A stretch of 63,245 nucleotides of DNA, filler included, from Dugesia japonica (taxonomy: Eukaryota), in NCBI GenBank assembly GCA_001938525.1. It is 6 parts of 6 records of this genome, joined end to end, with 100 filler letters (N's around TTAATTAATTAA, not from the genome) between each part and the next. Parts side by side here need not be neighbours in the genome. Positions count along the whole stretch, not along the records: positions 44,834 to 54,865 come from MQRL01374791.1; positions 54,966 to 63,245 come from MQRL01450472.1; 4 more parts are not named here. One strand, given 5' to 3'. Made by a program: the position numbers and the translations under genes. Below the pieces are notes generated by a model. The model made no database searches, was not told the origin of the DNA, and saw nothing but the letters and a program-made list of their open reading frames with translations. Of this stretch, positions 49,561 through 63,245 are shown in pieces (within the stretch, counting starts at the first letter, position 1; each line of letters begins with the position of its first letter).

Positions 49561-52109
49561 GAGGAATATAAGGAAATAATTATAAATTAATAATTGATTC
49601 AGAGAATAGAAATCGATTAAATTATAGATAAATATTTTTATGGTTCTATTCTCATATAATTATATAACTTNTGAATTGAAATAAATTATGTCTAAAAATA
49701 GTTTTGNTTTTGGAAATGAATTACCAATTCAAGAATTGCCTAACATGTCATTTTTCAAAATCAATAATATAATATTTAATTGATTTTTTAAACGATAATA
49801 ATTGAAAAATATATTAGAAATATAAAAATATATAAGAAATCTAACATTTGTGAAATGCACCGGATTTATAGTTCATATACAAAGATTCATACCTGATGCG
49901 TTAAATATGATTTATAATGTTTTATAATTAAATCTAGTAAAATTGATTGTATTTTATTTAATGTAGAATTATGTTTTCATCACTATTAAAAATATAAATT
50001 TACATCACTCAAAATAAAAATTACAACAGTGAAAATAAATTTACAACATGGAAAATAAATGCTAACGTGAAAAGTAAAAGTTGTAACATCATTAAGTTTT
50101 CAAATTAAAAAAATTCAAATAATGATTTTCCTTGGGGAGAAATCAAGGTATTAATATTGCACAGGGTAGAATACGTATGTCTCATTGGGAAGAAGTTGAG
50201 AAAATGACCTCCTATGTACGCGCAAAGTAAGTATATTGATCGTCTATGAGTTTGTCATCTATCATCACATTTCCAATATTTATCATCCTGTCTATTAATT
50301 TAACTATCAATTCAATGTCAATAATTTTATTATTATTAGTTTGAAATTCTATCATTGTAAATAGTAACAATAATAAAGAAAACATTAATCAAAATTTACA
50401 ACTACTTATTTATAAAGTTAAAAATTTTTTATAACAATTAAAGCAAAACTAAAATTTAAATAATAAAATAATATACTTTAGAATTTACACACTTATATAT
50501 TTATAACTTAATTAATTAATGACTTCGATTAAATTATCTTAATTAATCAACATAACTAAAATTAAATTCAAAATGATGCTATGAAAATAAATAATATTGA
50601 ATGAATTAAACAAAATAAAATGATTTAAATTAAATAAAACTAACAAATATTTAAATTTCTCACTAAAATTAAAAATAAATATATTATTCATTTTTACCGA
50701 GCATAAATTTTCGACTAATCAAATTGCATACCATAAAATTTTTATGACTTGAAATAAAAATATAAGCTTCATTAATTTAAACACAAAGTCAACAATTTCT
50801 TTTAATCTTAACAAGAACTCGTTATTTGCATTTAATTTACACAATATTTCAAATGTACCATCAATTACGAAACAAATACATAGTACTATATGATGATTTA
50901 ATATGATGTTAATGACATTATCGACACATTTATTAAACTATCTGAAATTTGAAATCAATTATGTAATCGGTTGAACTCAATCTGATTGGCTCGTATGGGG
51001 CTGCCTATCTACCTGCTACTGTATTTTAGTCATTTGAAAAATAAAAGCACAGATAGAGGTAAATAATTCCGACTAAAATAATTCAGTTATCACAAATTAA
51101 TGACTGATTTGGGATTTAAGTATGGGCATGTATTGTAAAGAATGAATAAATTAAAATTTTAAACAATTAAAGCCTAATTTAACGTTTACCTTTAAATTGC
51201 TTTAAAATTTGAAATTTTTATCAGACTTTTAATTCCTTTGAATTTTATCTTTCAACACTTAGTTTATACTGTTAAATCTGCCAAAGTTTTCTGTCGCTAA
51301 AAAACAAATAATCAAGCAACTTTTTCTTTAGTTCAATAAATGACATCTGGTAGCTGTGATTCTTTGTCTGATTGAATGCTTGATTATTATTCTTTCTAGA
51401 AACTTATTCAACTTTAAAATGATAATATTAAAATTACAGATTTTTATACATCTTTCTAAATTATGAACTTAAATTTAATTTGAAAATAATAATAAAATAC
51501 TTTAATAAATAAATTAGTACTTTTCTTTAATATAAATGATCTTGTTGGTTTAGTTGCCCGGGCGTCAGAGTCATTTTAGTACATAAATTTAAAAAATGAA
51601 TTGTAACACTATCTTATAATTTGTTCCCATTAAAAAATTCCGGCAAAATTATCTTGTTCTGTTCAATAAAGTACTTAAGATATAAATTTATATTTCATTA
51701 AATTTTTTTTTCTATTTTCATTCATTAAGAAGAAACATAATTATTCCCAGTTGTATTCTAGAAATAATTAATCTACATTTGAAAAAAATTGGAAAGTTCA
51801 GTTTAATAATTTTTCCTTTATAAAAATGACTGAATTTTCTAATTTTTACATTTATGACGTAGGTGAACACAAAACAAATTGAATTATGAATTTTTTCAAT
51901 GATTTTATCAAAGTTCGTGTAACTTTTTAAAAAGTTCCAAGAAATTTTATAATATCATTGAAAAATACCAGAAACTATATTGAATTTCAAAAATAATTTG
52001 TGAAAATAATTTTTAAAAATTACAAACTTTTAAAATATAACTTAAAAATTACTGAGAAATCACAGAGTAATATTTAAAATGATACAGTTATTAAAATAAC
52101 TAAAGTAAC

Positions 52110-52515
52110 TAGTTGGTTATAAAATATTCGTAATATGGTTTCCAATACTGGTATTTCTTTTAAAAAACTAGTATTTAGAAATTAAACCAATACTGAAACT
52201 TGAAATACCAGTATTTCCGGCATTTAAAATTTGGTATAAAATTCGGTTTTCAATACTTTTCAATACTTGTGATTATTTTTAAAAACTGGTATTTTGGAAA
52301 TAATACATTACCGAAACTGGAAATATTCGTATTTTTGGTATAAAAAATAAACTTAAAAATAAATTTTATTAGTATTTTTAAACAAATGTATTTTTAAGCC
52401 ACATTTTTAATACAGAAAAACCCGATATTGCTTGTTTGAAATAGCAGTATTTTCGGTATCACTTTGCATCCGGTAATATCGAGATTCCAGTTTTGGTATT
52501 TCTGGGAGTGAAAAC
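52110..52515. repeat. Degenerate MITE-like cluster of direct and inverted aatacc(a/g)/(t/c)ggtatt motifs
   Basis: Many short motif copies in both orientations. Confidence 0.45.
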
Positions 52516-53519
52516 TCTAATTTGTACACACTTGTTTTTAAAAAAAAATTAAAAAATTGGGTTTTACTCAATATCTCTTCATATTGTCGCTTGTCAATCT
52601 TGATTTTTGTTTCATTACATTGTCTATAAAATTCTCAATTGATTGGTGTAATACAAGGATTTGGTTGTGAAGAAATAAGGGAGGTGATTCGGACGCATTT
52701 TTTTATACAAATCCTTCACTTTTAGCTCAAATGAAATTGGTTTCTATAAAAATCTTTAAAATTTAAGGGTCTGTAATATTTTTTCACCACATTTTAGGTA
52801 TCATAGATCTCCTACAATTAGTTTATTGTTCTGCGGACACTTGGAGATAATGATATGTTACTAAAACTAGTCTTCAAAATTTAACATTTCTCATAAAACT
52901 ATATAAAATATATGATATAAATAATTAAAAATAAAATGCACTTAAATTTTGTCAAATATTTATTAAAGTTAAAATACAATTAACTAAGAACATGAAATTA
53001 TACAGACAATACAAAACATCATTCAATAAATCAAACAGTTGATGTTTCTTTTGTTCCTGAATATTTTTCGTTATTAAATCTCACATCGGCTTTATTGAAT
53101 TCAGAAGGACTAGGCGCATATGTGCTCCAAGACTATTCTGCAGTCGATTTCGTTTATTGGGTTACATAATAATTATTTTCCAAAATTCTGCAAGTTAATA
53201 ATTAATTCTTTTAATAATATCATCACATTGCTGTAACTGAATAATTCAGATAGTTTATTATCTGATTAATTCATTAATAAATTCAAAATCCATATATTAT
53301 TTTCCCAAATTGCCTTTGTTACAGCAAAATGGTCAAAATAATTTTATGTAGTATTCCCAAATGTTATCAATCTTAATACAAGAGAATCCATATTGAATGT
53401 AATTTGAGTTATATTTTTGTATTTTATTTTAGACGCATTAAAAATTGTAGTCTTATCGACAACTCCTTTTAGTGCACAGCTTGATTCTTCGATAGTTTGA
53501 TAGTCTTCATTTAAAATCT

Positions 53520-53850
53520 ACTATGTTCCATTTGTGTAAGAAATCAAAAAAACTCTGTTCGAAATCGTGATCATTTCACAGGAAAATACTTAGAAGCATT
53601 TTGTTTAAAATGTAACTTGAATAGAAAAAATCCGGTTTGAATAACTGATTATATTTTATAATCTACAAAGTTATAACTTACATCAAATTCTGATATATTG
53701 ACTTAAAATCTCTTGCATCATAACTACAAGCGAGAAAGTCTTGGGTTTGATTGAACACGTTTCCTAAACAACAATCAAATTTATAGATCGTGACCAGTTT
53801 ATTAATTCATAATTAGAATCAGCAGTAATATTATATATAATATAATTCAG
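53520..53850 (+). pseudogene. Short Polinton PolB relic
   Basis: HLCKK..VRNRDHFTGKYLEAFCLKCNLNR..IFYNLQSYNLH, homologous to 22945-23105. Confidence 0.65.
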
Positions 53851-53891
53851 AAAACGATTGTGGGGTGTTAAAAACAAATTAATTTGATATG

Positions 53892-53927
<36 letters not shown>

Positions 53928-54798
53928 ACACATTCGTTTTTTGTAATACGTTTTCACATAAAAAGGTATCAGTATTATGTTCTGTAATACTAACCAATAT
54001 TAATGTTATTTCAAACGGGACGTGTTATCCTCAGTCTGGAAATCACTGGTATATATTATAGTAAACCTTATAAACATTGTTAATAGATCGAATGAAATTT
54101 CCTTTTTTTCTATTCTATCAGGTCATATGAAAAAACAGACTTTTCTGACATCAGTATTGATTGACAGAGACCACTAGTNATGAATTATTAATGAATTTTA
54201 TCTTACATTTATACAAATGAGCATTAATACATTATCTAACGAAAATAATATCATTCTTTTCCTTTTAGCCTGAATGGCTAATATTATTAAATGTCTTTTC
54301 ATACGTAATTTAAATATAAATTGTGAAATTATTTTTTTTGTATTAGGCATTTGAAATCAACAGCTTTAAATACAGACTACCACGTAAAATGAAATTTTAA
54401 TCAAAAACAAAAAAAACATCAATGATAATTGAAAATTTGGATGGATTTCATGAGAAAAATGATACAAATCAGTAAAATAAAATGCCAAAAATATCGATAG
54501 ATTTATAAACAGATTGAATTTGTAATTGATTTTTAATATAGTCTTACTTATTTTTGGTTTTATTTAAATTGTTATTTGTATACAGGTGTTTATTAAGTAT
54601 GCTAACATATTTTCATTTCAAATTTAAAGCGATTAGAATTAGATACTAGTAATTTGTTTATATGGATAAATGCATATTTACCGATTTACTAGGTTGTTTC
54701 AAAAGTCCCTTTCCATATTAACATTAAACGTTTGTTTAAATATTTCATATGACAATATATATATAATTTATATAAATATAAAAAAAAAGAAAAAAAAT

Positions 54799-54835
54799 CA
54801 ATTCCTGACGAAGACAAGGTCGAAATATCGAATTG
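54799..54835 (+). ncRNA. Minimal type I hammerhead ribozyme, intact core
   Basis: caauuc-CUGACGA-A-GAC-aag-GUC-GAAA-UAUC-gaauug: perfect 6-bp stem I, 3-bp stem II, palindromic stem III, AUC site after 54829. Confidence 0.8.
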
Positions 54836-55139
54836 TTATCTAATATCAATTATTAAAACCAAAATNNNNNNNNNNNNNNNNNNNNNNNNNNNNNNNNNNN
54901 NNNNNNNNNTTAATTAATTAANNNNNNNNNNNNNNNNNNNNNNNNNNNNNNNNNNNNNNNNNNNNCTATCAAAAGAGAAATTTAAAGTTCATTATAAAAA
55001 TAAGTTTATCAAATTTGGATTCCACAACATCAAACGATAAGTAAAATTTCTCTTTGTTAATGACACATTTTATTAAAATTTTATGTACAAATGATACCGA
55101 GTGTCCCAATCCTCGCTAGATCGGGCTCCTGTAAATTTC

Positions 55140-55590
55140 ATGAATGAGGTTCAAACTATATTCAAATTATTAAAATGAGATGGAAAAACTGGATATTGCA
55201 ATGAAGTATTATTTACTATTGAAATTGAGATTGTAAAGTAGATGAATGAAATTCATATTATGTCTGAGTAAAATGAGATAGGAAAAGCGGTTGATTGTAA
55301 TGAAAAAATTATTTATTAATAAAATTTGAATCGCAAATTTGATGAATAAAAATCCAATTATTTCTTACTACAATGAGGTCGAAAGGCTGACAAATGACTT
55401 ACTATAAATTGATATCGTAAAATAAATGAATGAAATTCAACTTATTTTGGAATAAAACGAAGTCGGAAAAGCTAGTGATTGCAATAAAAAATTATTTACT
55501 AAATAGTTGAGGTTTTAAAAGTTGCTGAGTGAAATTCAAATTATTTCTTAATAAAATGAAAACCTAAAAGCTGGTGAAAGAAATTCAACG
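55140..55590. repeat. Diverged ~75-80-bp tandem repeat, about 5-6 units
   Basis: Recurring atgaatgaaattca...taaaatgag.t.ggaaaagctg..gattgcaatgaa. Confidence 0.75.
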
Positions 55591-57795
55591 TATTTCCGAT
55601 CTCATGAATTTGAACTGTAAGAACTGATTTTCTCAGTCTCATAAAGAGAAATTAATAATCAAGACAGATGCTTCAAATGCATCCTCGACTATTCGTAGTA
55701 CCTCTCCTGAGTGCGAAAAGGAAAAATTCGGGAGCATTTTGCATCTCTGTCAGAATGGTGATTGCATCGCCTTTTCAAGAAAAAAATGAGATTTGTCGTT
55801 TTTTCTTTGATAATATTACCTCTGCTCATGCACGTAAGGACGATAATATTATTATTCGTCAGAATGTCTCAGAAATTGATTCTCTTGCGCTAAATCTTTT
55901 GAAAATATTTTTGATAGCGTTACGGTCAGAAATGATAATTGGAAGGAAAATAATGAAATCGCGTTTTTCTAAGCAAGGTGGAAACCTTGCTTCAGATCTA
56001 CTGGACTCTGCTTAAATCGAGTAAGAAAGGCGAGGAAGTTTATTCATCCTTAATTGGAAAGCTGGAACAAGTTTCAGAGGGTTTGGGTAATGATTTTACT
56101 GCTCCCATAAAAACTTTTCTGGATTTTTGGAGCGCCTTGCGTCAATGGATCATTGTTCACCAAGGATAAATAAAAACTTTGATGCTACATTATTCAGATT
56201 TCTGACATCAAAAAGCTTTAATAATTTTAAAAATAGTTTGTCTAGTATCCCAAAAAACACAAATGAAAGCAATTTTTCACCCAGTTTCTCTAGCGCTTTT
56301 ATAATTTTATAAGTCTGGACTCTAAAGTTCAGAAATCCCAGTCAACGATAAAAATCCTGCCAAACTTTATCATCAATAAAACAGAAGGTCCTGATTTTGT
56401 TTTTATCAGTGATAGAAAAACTCGAAAATTTTAACATTAGCTCCATGAATGATAGCACTGATATTAGGGAACTGATTAATGAAAACCGAAATAATAATAG
56501 CATACATTTTAACAAAAACAGGAAATCAGTTGCTGATATACGTAATAACAACAAAAATGATACATCAATGTTATAAAATGATGTAAATGCTACCGCCAAT
56601 CTCAATAACATAGCTACTACTGTATATAATAAAAATTATCCCAGTTTTTTCTTTTCCTAGAGGTTTTCTTTCAAATTTTCAATTGCCTATTAACAACTCA
56701 AATTATATGTCAAATTGCGGTAAGAGAGGTAACGATAAGAACAATGGTAATAGAGATCTAAATTTAAACCCGCGGAATGCTCAAAGAAATACAAATACCA
56801 ATTTGAGCAACTCCAACTTTCGAAATATAAGCCATGATGTGTCCAACTCTTTTAGTTTTGTGAACTACAATGATAAAAATTCTGTCTCATCTGATATTAC
56901 CCATAAAAACGAATCTAAAAATGAATCTAATGCTAGAGCTAATTACTCTGTTTATGATAATAACATAAATAGAATTTCTACTAGTATAATCCACCAAAAT
57001 AAATTTTAAATAAATTAATTTTAAATAAAATAAGTTTTAAAAATTTAAAAATAAAAAAATTGTGATTCTAACCCCTTTCCCATAATTTCAATAATTTTAG
57101 CGAAAATCATAATAAAAGTAATAATTATTACAATAATCCACGTCCCTATTCAAATTTTCTTAATAATTCAATATACATAAACCCGAGAAAAGACAATAAA
57201 CAGAAAACTGTTGAAATGCATTTATACAGATCTGATAATAAACCCCAAAAGAGCCACAAAGAGCCCATCACCGAAGACTACTAAGCAGCCTATGACCATC
57301 AATTCACTACGCTCACTATCTGCCGGTTTCTGAAAACTCCAGTCTGTATCTTGAGCAATTCAGCACCCCCCCTCGAATCCATATACCCCAATGACCTTTT
57401 CCCATATTTCAATCTTAGCAGTGCAGACTCCCTCATTAAAACCATCTCAGTGATTACATCTGTTACATGTAACACTGCCGAGGGTAGCCCATTTAGCAAC
57501 AAAAGCACTAACAACATGGTTGCCATCACTACTACTAAACTTAAGGCTCCCAAGAAAAGATCATACCCATTGCGAAGCAAAACTCAAAAGATGAGTTAAG
57601 CCAATGTGCAAAACACAACCAAAATTGCTGTCCCTATCAAAAATGATGCCACAGTGAAGAATGGCCTTAGCTACTCCAGCGCAGTGAAAAGCCCGCGAAA
57701 CCCTCCAACACATGACGGTTTGGGTCCACAGTTGCTCCCACAATTGCTACTAATGAAGCAACTGTGTATAACCCACAAACTGACCAGATGATGCA

Positions 57796-58270
57796 TGATT
57801 CACTGATGAGAATATTAATACTTACATGAACGCTTATTTTTCGGATAACGCATTCGTTCACATTGACCCATGCATCATTCAGATCCTTATTGCAGGAAGC
57901 AGTACACTGACTTCATTGGGATGTGATAACACTAAACTTCTTATGGCCAGCACCATTGTAGCTGCTGTTAATATTGCAAGTCAACATTGGATCTTGTTCA
58001 TGTATGATAAAATGAACGGGATCGCTTGCAATTTTGACCCAATAGTCTTCCAAAAGTCTTCAGACCAGACATAGCAGCAACATATGGTGCAATATAACAG
58101 ATGAATTGAACGCGGTCCTTAGCGATAATATTGTGTTCTTAATCCAGGCGGAATTTGAAAAAGAGACATAGCAGAATGGCTATGACTGCGGCCCATTTAT
58201 CTTTGCTTATCCAAAAAATCTGTTACTTGGTGAACCCCTCACCAAGCTTGACATAAGACTTGTAAGAGAA
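57796..58270 (+). pseudogene. Ulp1/C48 cysteine protease domain 1 (catalytic residues present)
   Basis: *FTDENINTYM, VNIASQHWIL, NFDP, *QNGYDCGPFI. Confidence 0.85.
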
Positions 58271-58364
58271 TTCATTCGCTCTCCTGGTGCCATAGAGATA
58301 AACCCAATCAAGGGCGGAGGCTTTGATCCCACATCCACACTTGACTCTTACAGTCTGATCCCAT

Positions 58365-58834
58365 TTGTAAGCGGAGAAATAATGCAGAATTTTGCATCTA
58401 GTCTGGTTCTTAACAAAAATTACTTCATAGTTGTTCCGGTAAAATCTAGAGCCTGCATTGAAGTTGGCAACAACTACATTACTAATGTTGTCTGCTTCCG
58501 CACATATAAGTCCGCAAAAATTATCTTCTGCCTCTTTCTCACTTCAACAGCAAGATGGGTCATGTTTGTTGTTGGCATAAATGGTGGGATCTTCTACATG
58601 TTAGATCCCAAAGCTGGCAATGTCGCTGACATAGGTGGGGAAACTTCTCCTTGTCTAAACTCCTGTATGACAGAATTCTGCAGGAGAAAAAACATCGACA
58701 TGGTCAAGTCTCCGCATGAAGTAACAACATGGCAGAAGAATGACAATGAAAGTGGACTTATAATATGTAGCTACATCAACTCTATCGCTAACTTCAATAC
58801 CCTAGAAAAAGTTGATGTAACCCGCGTAAAATAA
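58365..58834 (+). pseudogene. Ulp1-like domain 2 (His>Arg, Cys>Ser)
   Basis: FVSGEIMQNF, TARWVMFVV, YMLDP, WQKNDNESGLII parallel the domain 1 motifs. Confidence 0.7.
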
Positions 58835-61800
58835 AAATTAGAAAGTTTTAACAACAAAAACTGTAACAAAATAAAATCAAAAATAAAATCAAATCAAAAT
58901 GAAGAGTGGCTTAAAAATAACAGCGCGAGCAAAGACAAAAATAAAATAATTCAACAAACCCGCGCAATGCTAAAAACCATCGACAGTAGTGATGTTGACG
59001 TAGTTGTGAACGCATTCTACAGCTACGTGCACTCTGCTCGATGTGTTAAATCAAAAGTCCTAAATTTTAAAATCGGCGAGGGAAAATCCAGCAGCCGTAT
59101 TGAATTGGATTTAAGCTTCAGGGATCGATACTATTATTCACAGAAAGTAGTCTTCGAGTTAATCACTGTTGATGTATCGGCTGACTGCTTTCCTTCAAAA
59201 ACTGATCTTGAGGCCTACTTCCAATCAAAATCAGAAGCTGATTCGACTACAAACTGAGATTCTTGCTCCCAAAAAAATCAGGCAAGGATTCCTTTGAATT
59301 TTCTTGTCCCCATACTGCTAGTATCAGAGCTATTTTATTTGGACTATCCAACTCGGCACCTGGTAATAAAAACATTACATGCCAGGAACTTAAAGCGACA
59401 GACCGAAAATGTATTCTGTTACACAGGACTTTCAGGAAAATTCGGTTGACAGAGACAACCCCAAATATCTGGCGTACCTACTCAACCCTGATGATACCCA
59501 AACCTGGAAAAGCTGGCTTCTATCATCTGGTCTCATCTTGGAGGCCAATAGCATTACTTGACTGTCTCTACAAGCTCTTCATTGGATTTCTTGGGTCCAA
59601 ACTCTCAAGATGGACGCAAAACTCTGGATAATTGTATAATTTCCAGAAGAGCGCTGAACAGTCTGAAGGCTGCTCGGAGCTCAATTCCTCGATGAGCAGA
59701 ACCGTTATAACTAGTTCAACCTGCATATTGCGTTTCTGGACATAGCTGATGCCTTCGGTAGCATCCACATTGAACAAATTTTAGGTCTTTTAATGAAAAT
59801 GGAGGTCACCGAAAATGCAATTGGGCTAATCAGAGCGCTGTACCCTGATTGCTCCAGCTATTATATTTGCAATAGGATATCTACTAGTCCAGTTGCAAAT
59901 AAAAGGGGGTTAGACAGAGCTATTCTTTGTCTATGTTGCTGATTAACATTGGCATTAATCCCATCATAAATGAGATCTCAAAAACTCAGGGTGCCGGTGT
60001 TAAATGTTCTGGAAATCCCATATCTTGCTTGGCTAATGCTGATGACTTAGCACTTGTTGCCTCCTCTAAGGCCAGCCTGCAAGATATGGTGGATGTTGCT
60101 GTCAAGGTTGTAGGCTGGTTCTCACTAGACTTTAGGCCAAGCAAGTGTGCCTATTTACCTTGTCCCATACATGGCTAACTTTCCCAAATTGTTGTAAAGG
60201 AGGAAGTTGTTCCCAAACTTATCAACAAAGAATCCTACAGATACCTGGGGGTTGACTTTAATCGGGAACATGTGGAGATGCTTGAGAAATCTGTCAAGGA
60301 CCTGGAACAAATAACTACCTCACTCCTTCATCATTGGCAGAAGATCTACGCCTTCAAGACATTTATCCATTCCCGTTTTACTTTTGCTTTTAGAAATTTC
60401 AATATTCCTATATGCAAATTCTCTTGTAGTGCTCATACGGAGAATGGAGTGGTCTATAGAAAATGGGGGATTGACAAATCAGCTCACCATAACATCAGAA
60501 AGATTCTTTCAGTACCAGAGTCAGCTCCATCTGACTACCTCTATGGTTTGCGTAAATAAGCGGGGTCGGACTAACATCGGCGAGGGACGAATACTCTATA
60601 CAATCTCTCGTACAAGCACTCAAGATGCTTGTATACCCCGACGAGATTGTACGAGATGAGGCAAGCAATGACCTAATTTATGCTGTCACTAAGCACCTTA
60701 AGTGACATAAACTGTGTTCACTCGACAAAGCACTGGATTAGCTCTCCGTGGATACCACCAAACTCCACTTAAAATGCTGATGGTCCAAGGTTCAGGGTAC
60801 GATAGTGTATCTGCAACAGGCTCTGTACTTGCAAGTTAACATCAAACGCAATGAGCTTGGAGTCTGTTTGCAGATCATTGACTGTGACACTGAGGATAAC
60901 TATCTTATCTCATTCAAAGATCGGAAAGCAATGACAAAACCTCTCCATGGCTTACTCGAGTGGACACACGCGAGAAAATGGAACGTTCTTGTTAAAACTG
61001 GAGCGATGTCAACTGTAGTTGGAGAATTCAACGAAACCATTATATGATGGCCCTATCAGACTCGAAAGCTGACAATTTTTTCACAGGACAAGAACTAACA
61101 CTCTACATGCGGGTTATAATCTAAGGAAGAGGGAACCTTGCAGAAAATGCACATACTAACAAGAGACTCAGGTACATGTCTTGTGTCATTGCGAATCTTT
61201 AATGGGCCAGCGCATTAGACGACACAATGATGTTCTTGAGTCACTGGCCGAGTTTGTTAGAGCTAATACAAGCTTCAAAGTCGTCATCGATCAGACCTGC
61301 AACTTTTTTAACAGGACTGATTGTGTTGACCTGCAGTTGATAAACAGCAACGAAAAGCGCATAATCCTACTGGATGTGAAAATCCTATATGACACATCAA
61401 GTAACATAAAGTTGGCGATGGAGAGTAACATTAAAAAATACACTCCACTTAGCGAGGATATTCTAAAGAACTTACTGAACTGAAATGTTCTCCTGGAGAC
61501 GATCTCAGTTGGGTGTTTGGGATCTTGGTGTACTGCAAATGAGCCTGTGCTCAAAAAGGTTGGTCTCCGCGTCAAAGAGATTAAATTATTTGCGCTTCTT
61601 TCGATCAGTAAATGTATAGCCTGGTCGAGCAGATACTGAGCTTTCCATAGCGGAAAGGCTGGCAGCATGGAATACGAAGACTCTGTTGCCTTACCTCATG
61701 TGCTGGATTATCTGCAGTGGAAAACCAAGAATAGGGTTCCAAATCTCTGAAAATTTCTTGCGACAACATTTTCTCTTTTCTTCTCTTTTTGTTTTGTTCA

Positions 61801-62604
61801 TACAGCTACAAGCTGGTCGAACCGGATCAACTGACCCGGTAAGGATTTTCTCACCTGAAATAAGGTAATGTTAAACTTTGCGTAAAAATACGTGTCGTTC
61901 TTAAGATTGAGAAAAAGAGTAAATAAAACTAAAATTATTATTAGAGAACGATCAGGTTGTGACATATCATGAAAAAGATGAAGTTAATGCAATTAACCGA
62001 CAAAATGAGGACGTTTAATCTGTACGTTTAATAATTGTAATAAGTAAAGGGAAGCACGTAAACTACTGTAAAAAATTGAGGATGTCTTTTCTTTTATAAT
62101 TTTTTTTGTGTATACTGAGATTAAAATTGAGATTGAATAAATTTAAGAAAAATTAACTGTTAAACTTGTTTGTCAATAAAATGCATGATAATAAAATATG
62201 ATAGTTAACGAATTGAGATGACTTGAAATGAGTGTTTAATACAATAATACGAATACGAATAAATTATGTACAGCTTGAATGATCGGTAATATGAATTATT
62301 TGAAAATCAAAACTAAAAAGCGTTAAAGAAATTAATTTATGAATGATAAACAGCAAAAAGTGATAATTGTTTTAATAAATTGTCCTAAAATTGATAAATG
62401 AATTATGAAGAATGATGATGCTTTCAATGAAGAGAATTGTATAAAAATTTTGATGAAAACTTTAGGTGATAAAATATTATTCAAATTATTGTTCGGGAGC
62501 ACAATCATCGGGATTTAATTAATTGATGGTTATTGTGAGAATGATATTTGAATGTTTTCTTATCAACTCCTTGATTGAGTCATTTTTCGATGTATTTATC
62601 TCAC

Positions 62605-63245
62605 TCATAGCTTTTTGACATCTTTCTTCATCTGTAATAATCCTTCCAAAATGCTATTCGATATTGCAAATCCGATCATGATTATCTCTTTTTGAGTTTG
62701 ATTTGGAGTTCTACAGCTCCTACCACCTTCCCTGTTGGCGGAGCTTCTCCGTGTGGGTTTCTTCTTTGAGTCATATACGTTTGCGTCATATCTGTTGTTA
62801 CCATATCTAACGTCTTCATATCTGTCGTCCTCATATTCCTTGTTACTTCTCTCATCATCTTTCACTGCATTGATTTTAACATGTCTACTCGGACATGGAA
62901 GCTTTTTTACCTTATTTCTCTTATAATTCAAAGGATATTCATTCCATCTCTTGTACTCCATTTTTGTGAAACAGACTTCGGTTTTATGACCGTTTTTGTT
63001 GCATTTTCAGCACTTTATCTTGTTGCACTGTCTTCTTATATGCCCTACCCTTCCACATGCATAGCATGTAGGAGGCTTTCAGTCTGGGCACTCCCGACTT
63101 ATGTGTCCCAATTTGTGACAATTCCAACATTCTACTTTCTCTGCTCTGAACTCTCTTCTAGTATTTAGCCGTTTGAAGGTTGATTCCTGCATCCTTGGTA
63201 TCGTTCTTTTTGGTTCCGTGTATAATGCCTCCTTGTAGCTACGCA
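62605..63245 (-). pseudogene. gag: LTR retrotransposon gag with three CCHC zinc knuckles (runs off the window)
   Basis: Minus frame ~63135-62960 reads CWNCHKLGHISREC, CYACGRVGHIRRQC, C*KCNKNGHKTEVC, in frame with ORF 62605-62961. Confidence 0.85.

Larger units (their letters stand above)
55620..61870 (+). mobile_element. RLE-type non-LTR retrotransposon (NeSL-like): Ulp1 x2, RT, CCHC, restriction-like endonuclease; degenerate
   Basis: LMIPKPG..SSWRPIALLDCLYKLF, FLDIADAFGSI, CLANADDL, YRYLGV (RT); CRKC..ETQVHVLCHC, RRHNDV, VDLQ..LLDVK, KY, VGCLGSW (RLE). Outer boundaries uncertain. Confidence 0.9.

Overview
AT-rich eukaryotic (probably animal) repeat-dense DNA, not prokaryotic. It is made of six pieces joined by artificial 100-bp linkers (N44-TTAATTAATTAA-N44), so adjacency across linkers is unproven. 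Main content: (1) a nearly complete Polinton/Maverick (adintovirus-like) endogenous virus at 28923-44733 with major capsid, a parvovirus-type PLA2 fused to a retroviral-type integrase, A32 packaging ATPase, fibre-like protein, adenain protease, penton, adenovirus pX-like protein and protein-primed PolB; (2) a decayed relative at ~13143-17503 with the same capsid / PLA2-integrase order; (3) two more PolB relics and several AGTAG-type Polinton-like termini nested in other elements; (4) three Penelope-like relics and several minimal hammerhead ribozyme motifs; (5) Gypsy pol and gag relics and a 2.8-kb solo-LTR-like unit carrying small ORFs; (6) a NeSL-like RLE non-LTR retrotransposon with two tandem Ulp1 domains, the second lacking its catalytic His and Cys. 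Most notable: the PLA2-integrase fusion with an adenain-type cleavage site kept in both copies, and an identical 24-bp GC-rich frame-preserving insertion in unrelated viral genes, accompanied by other dispersed intragenic motifs. Product calls rest on motif recognition by eye, with no database searches. Possible host exons could not be identified.
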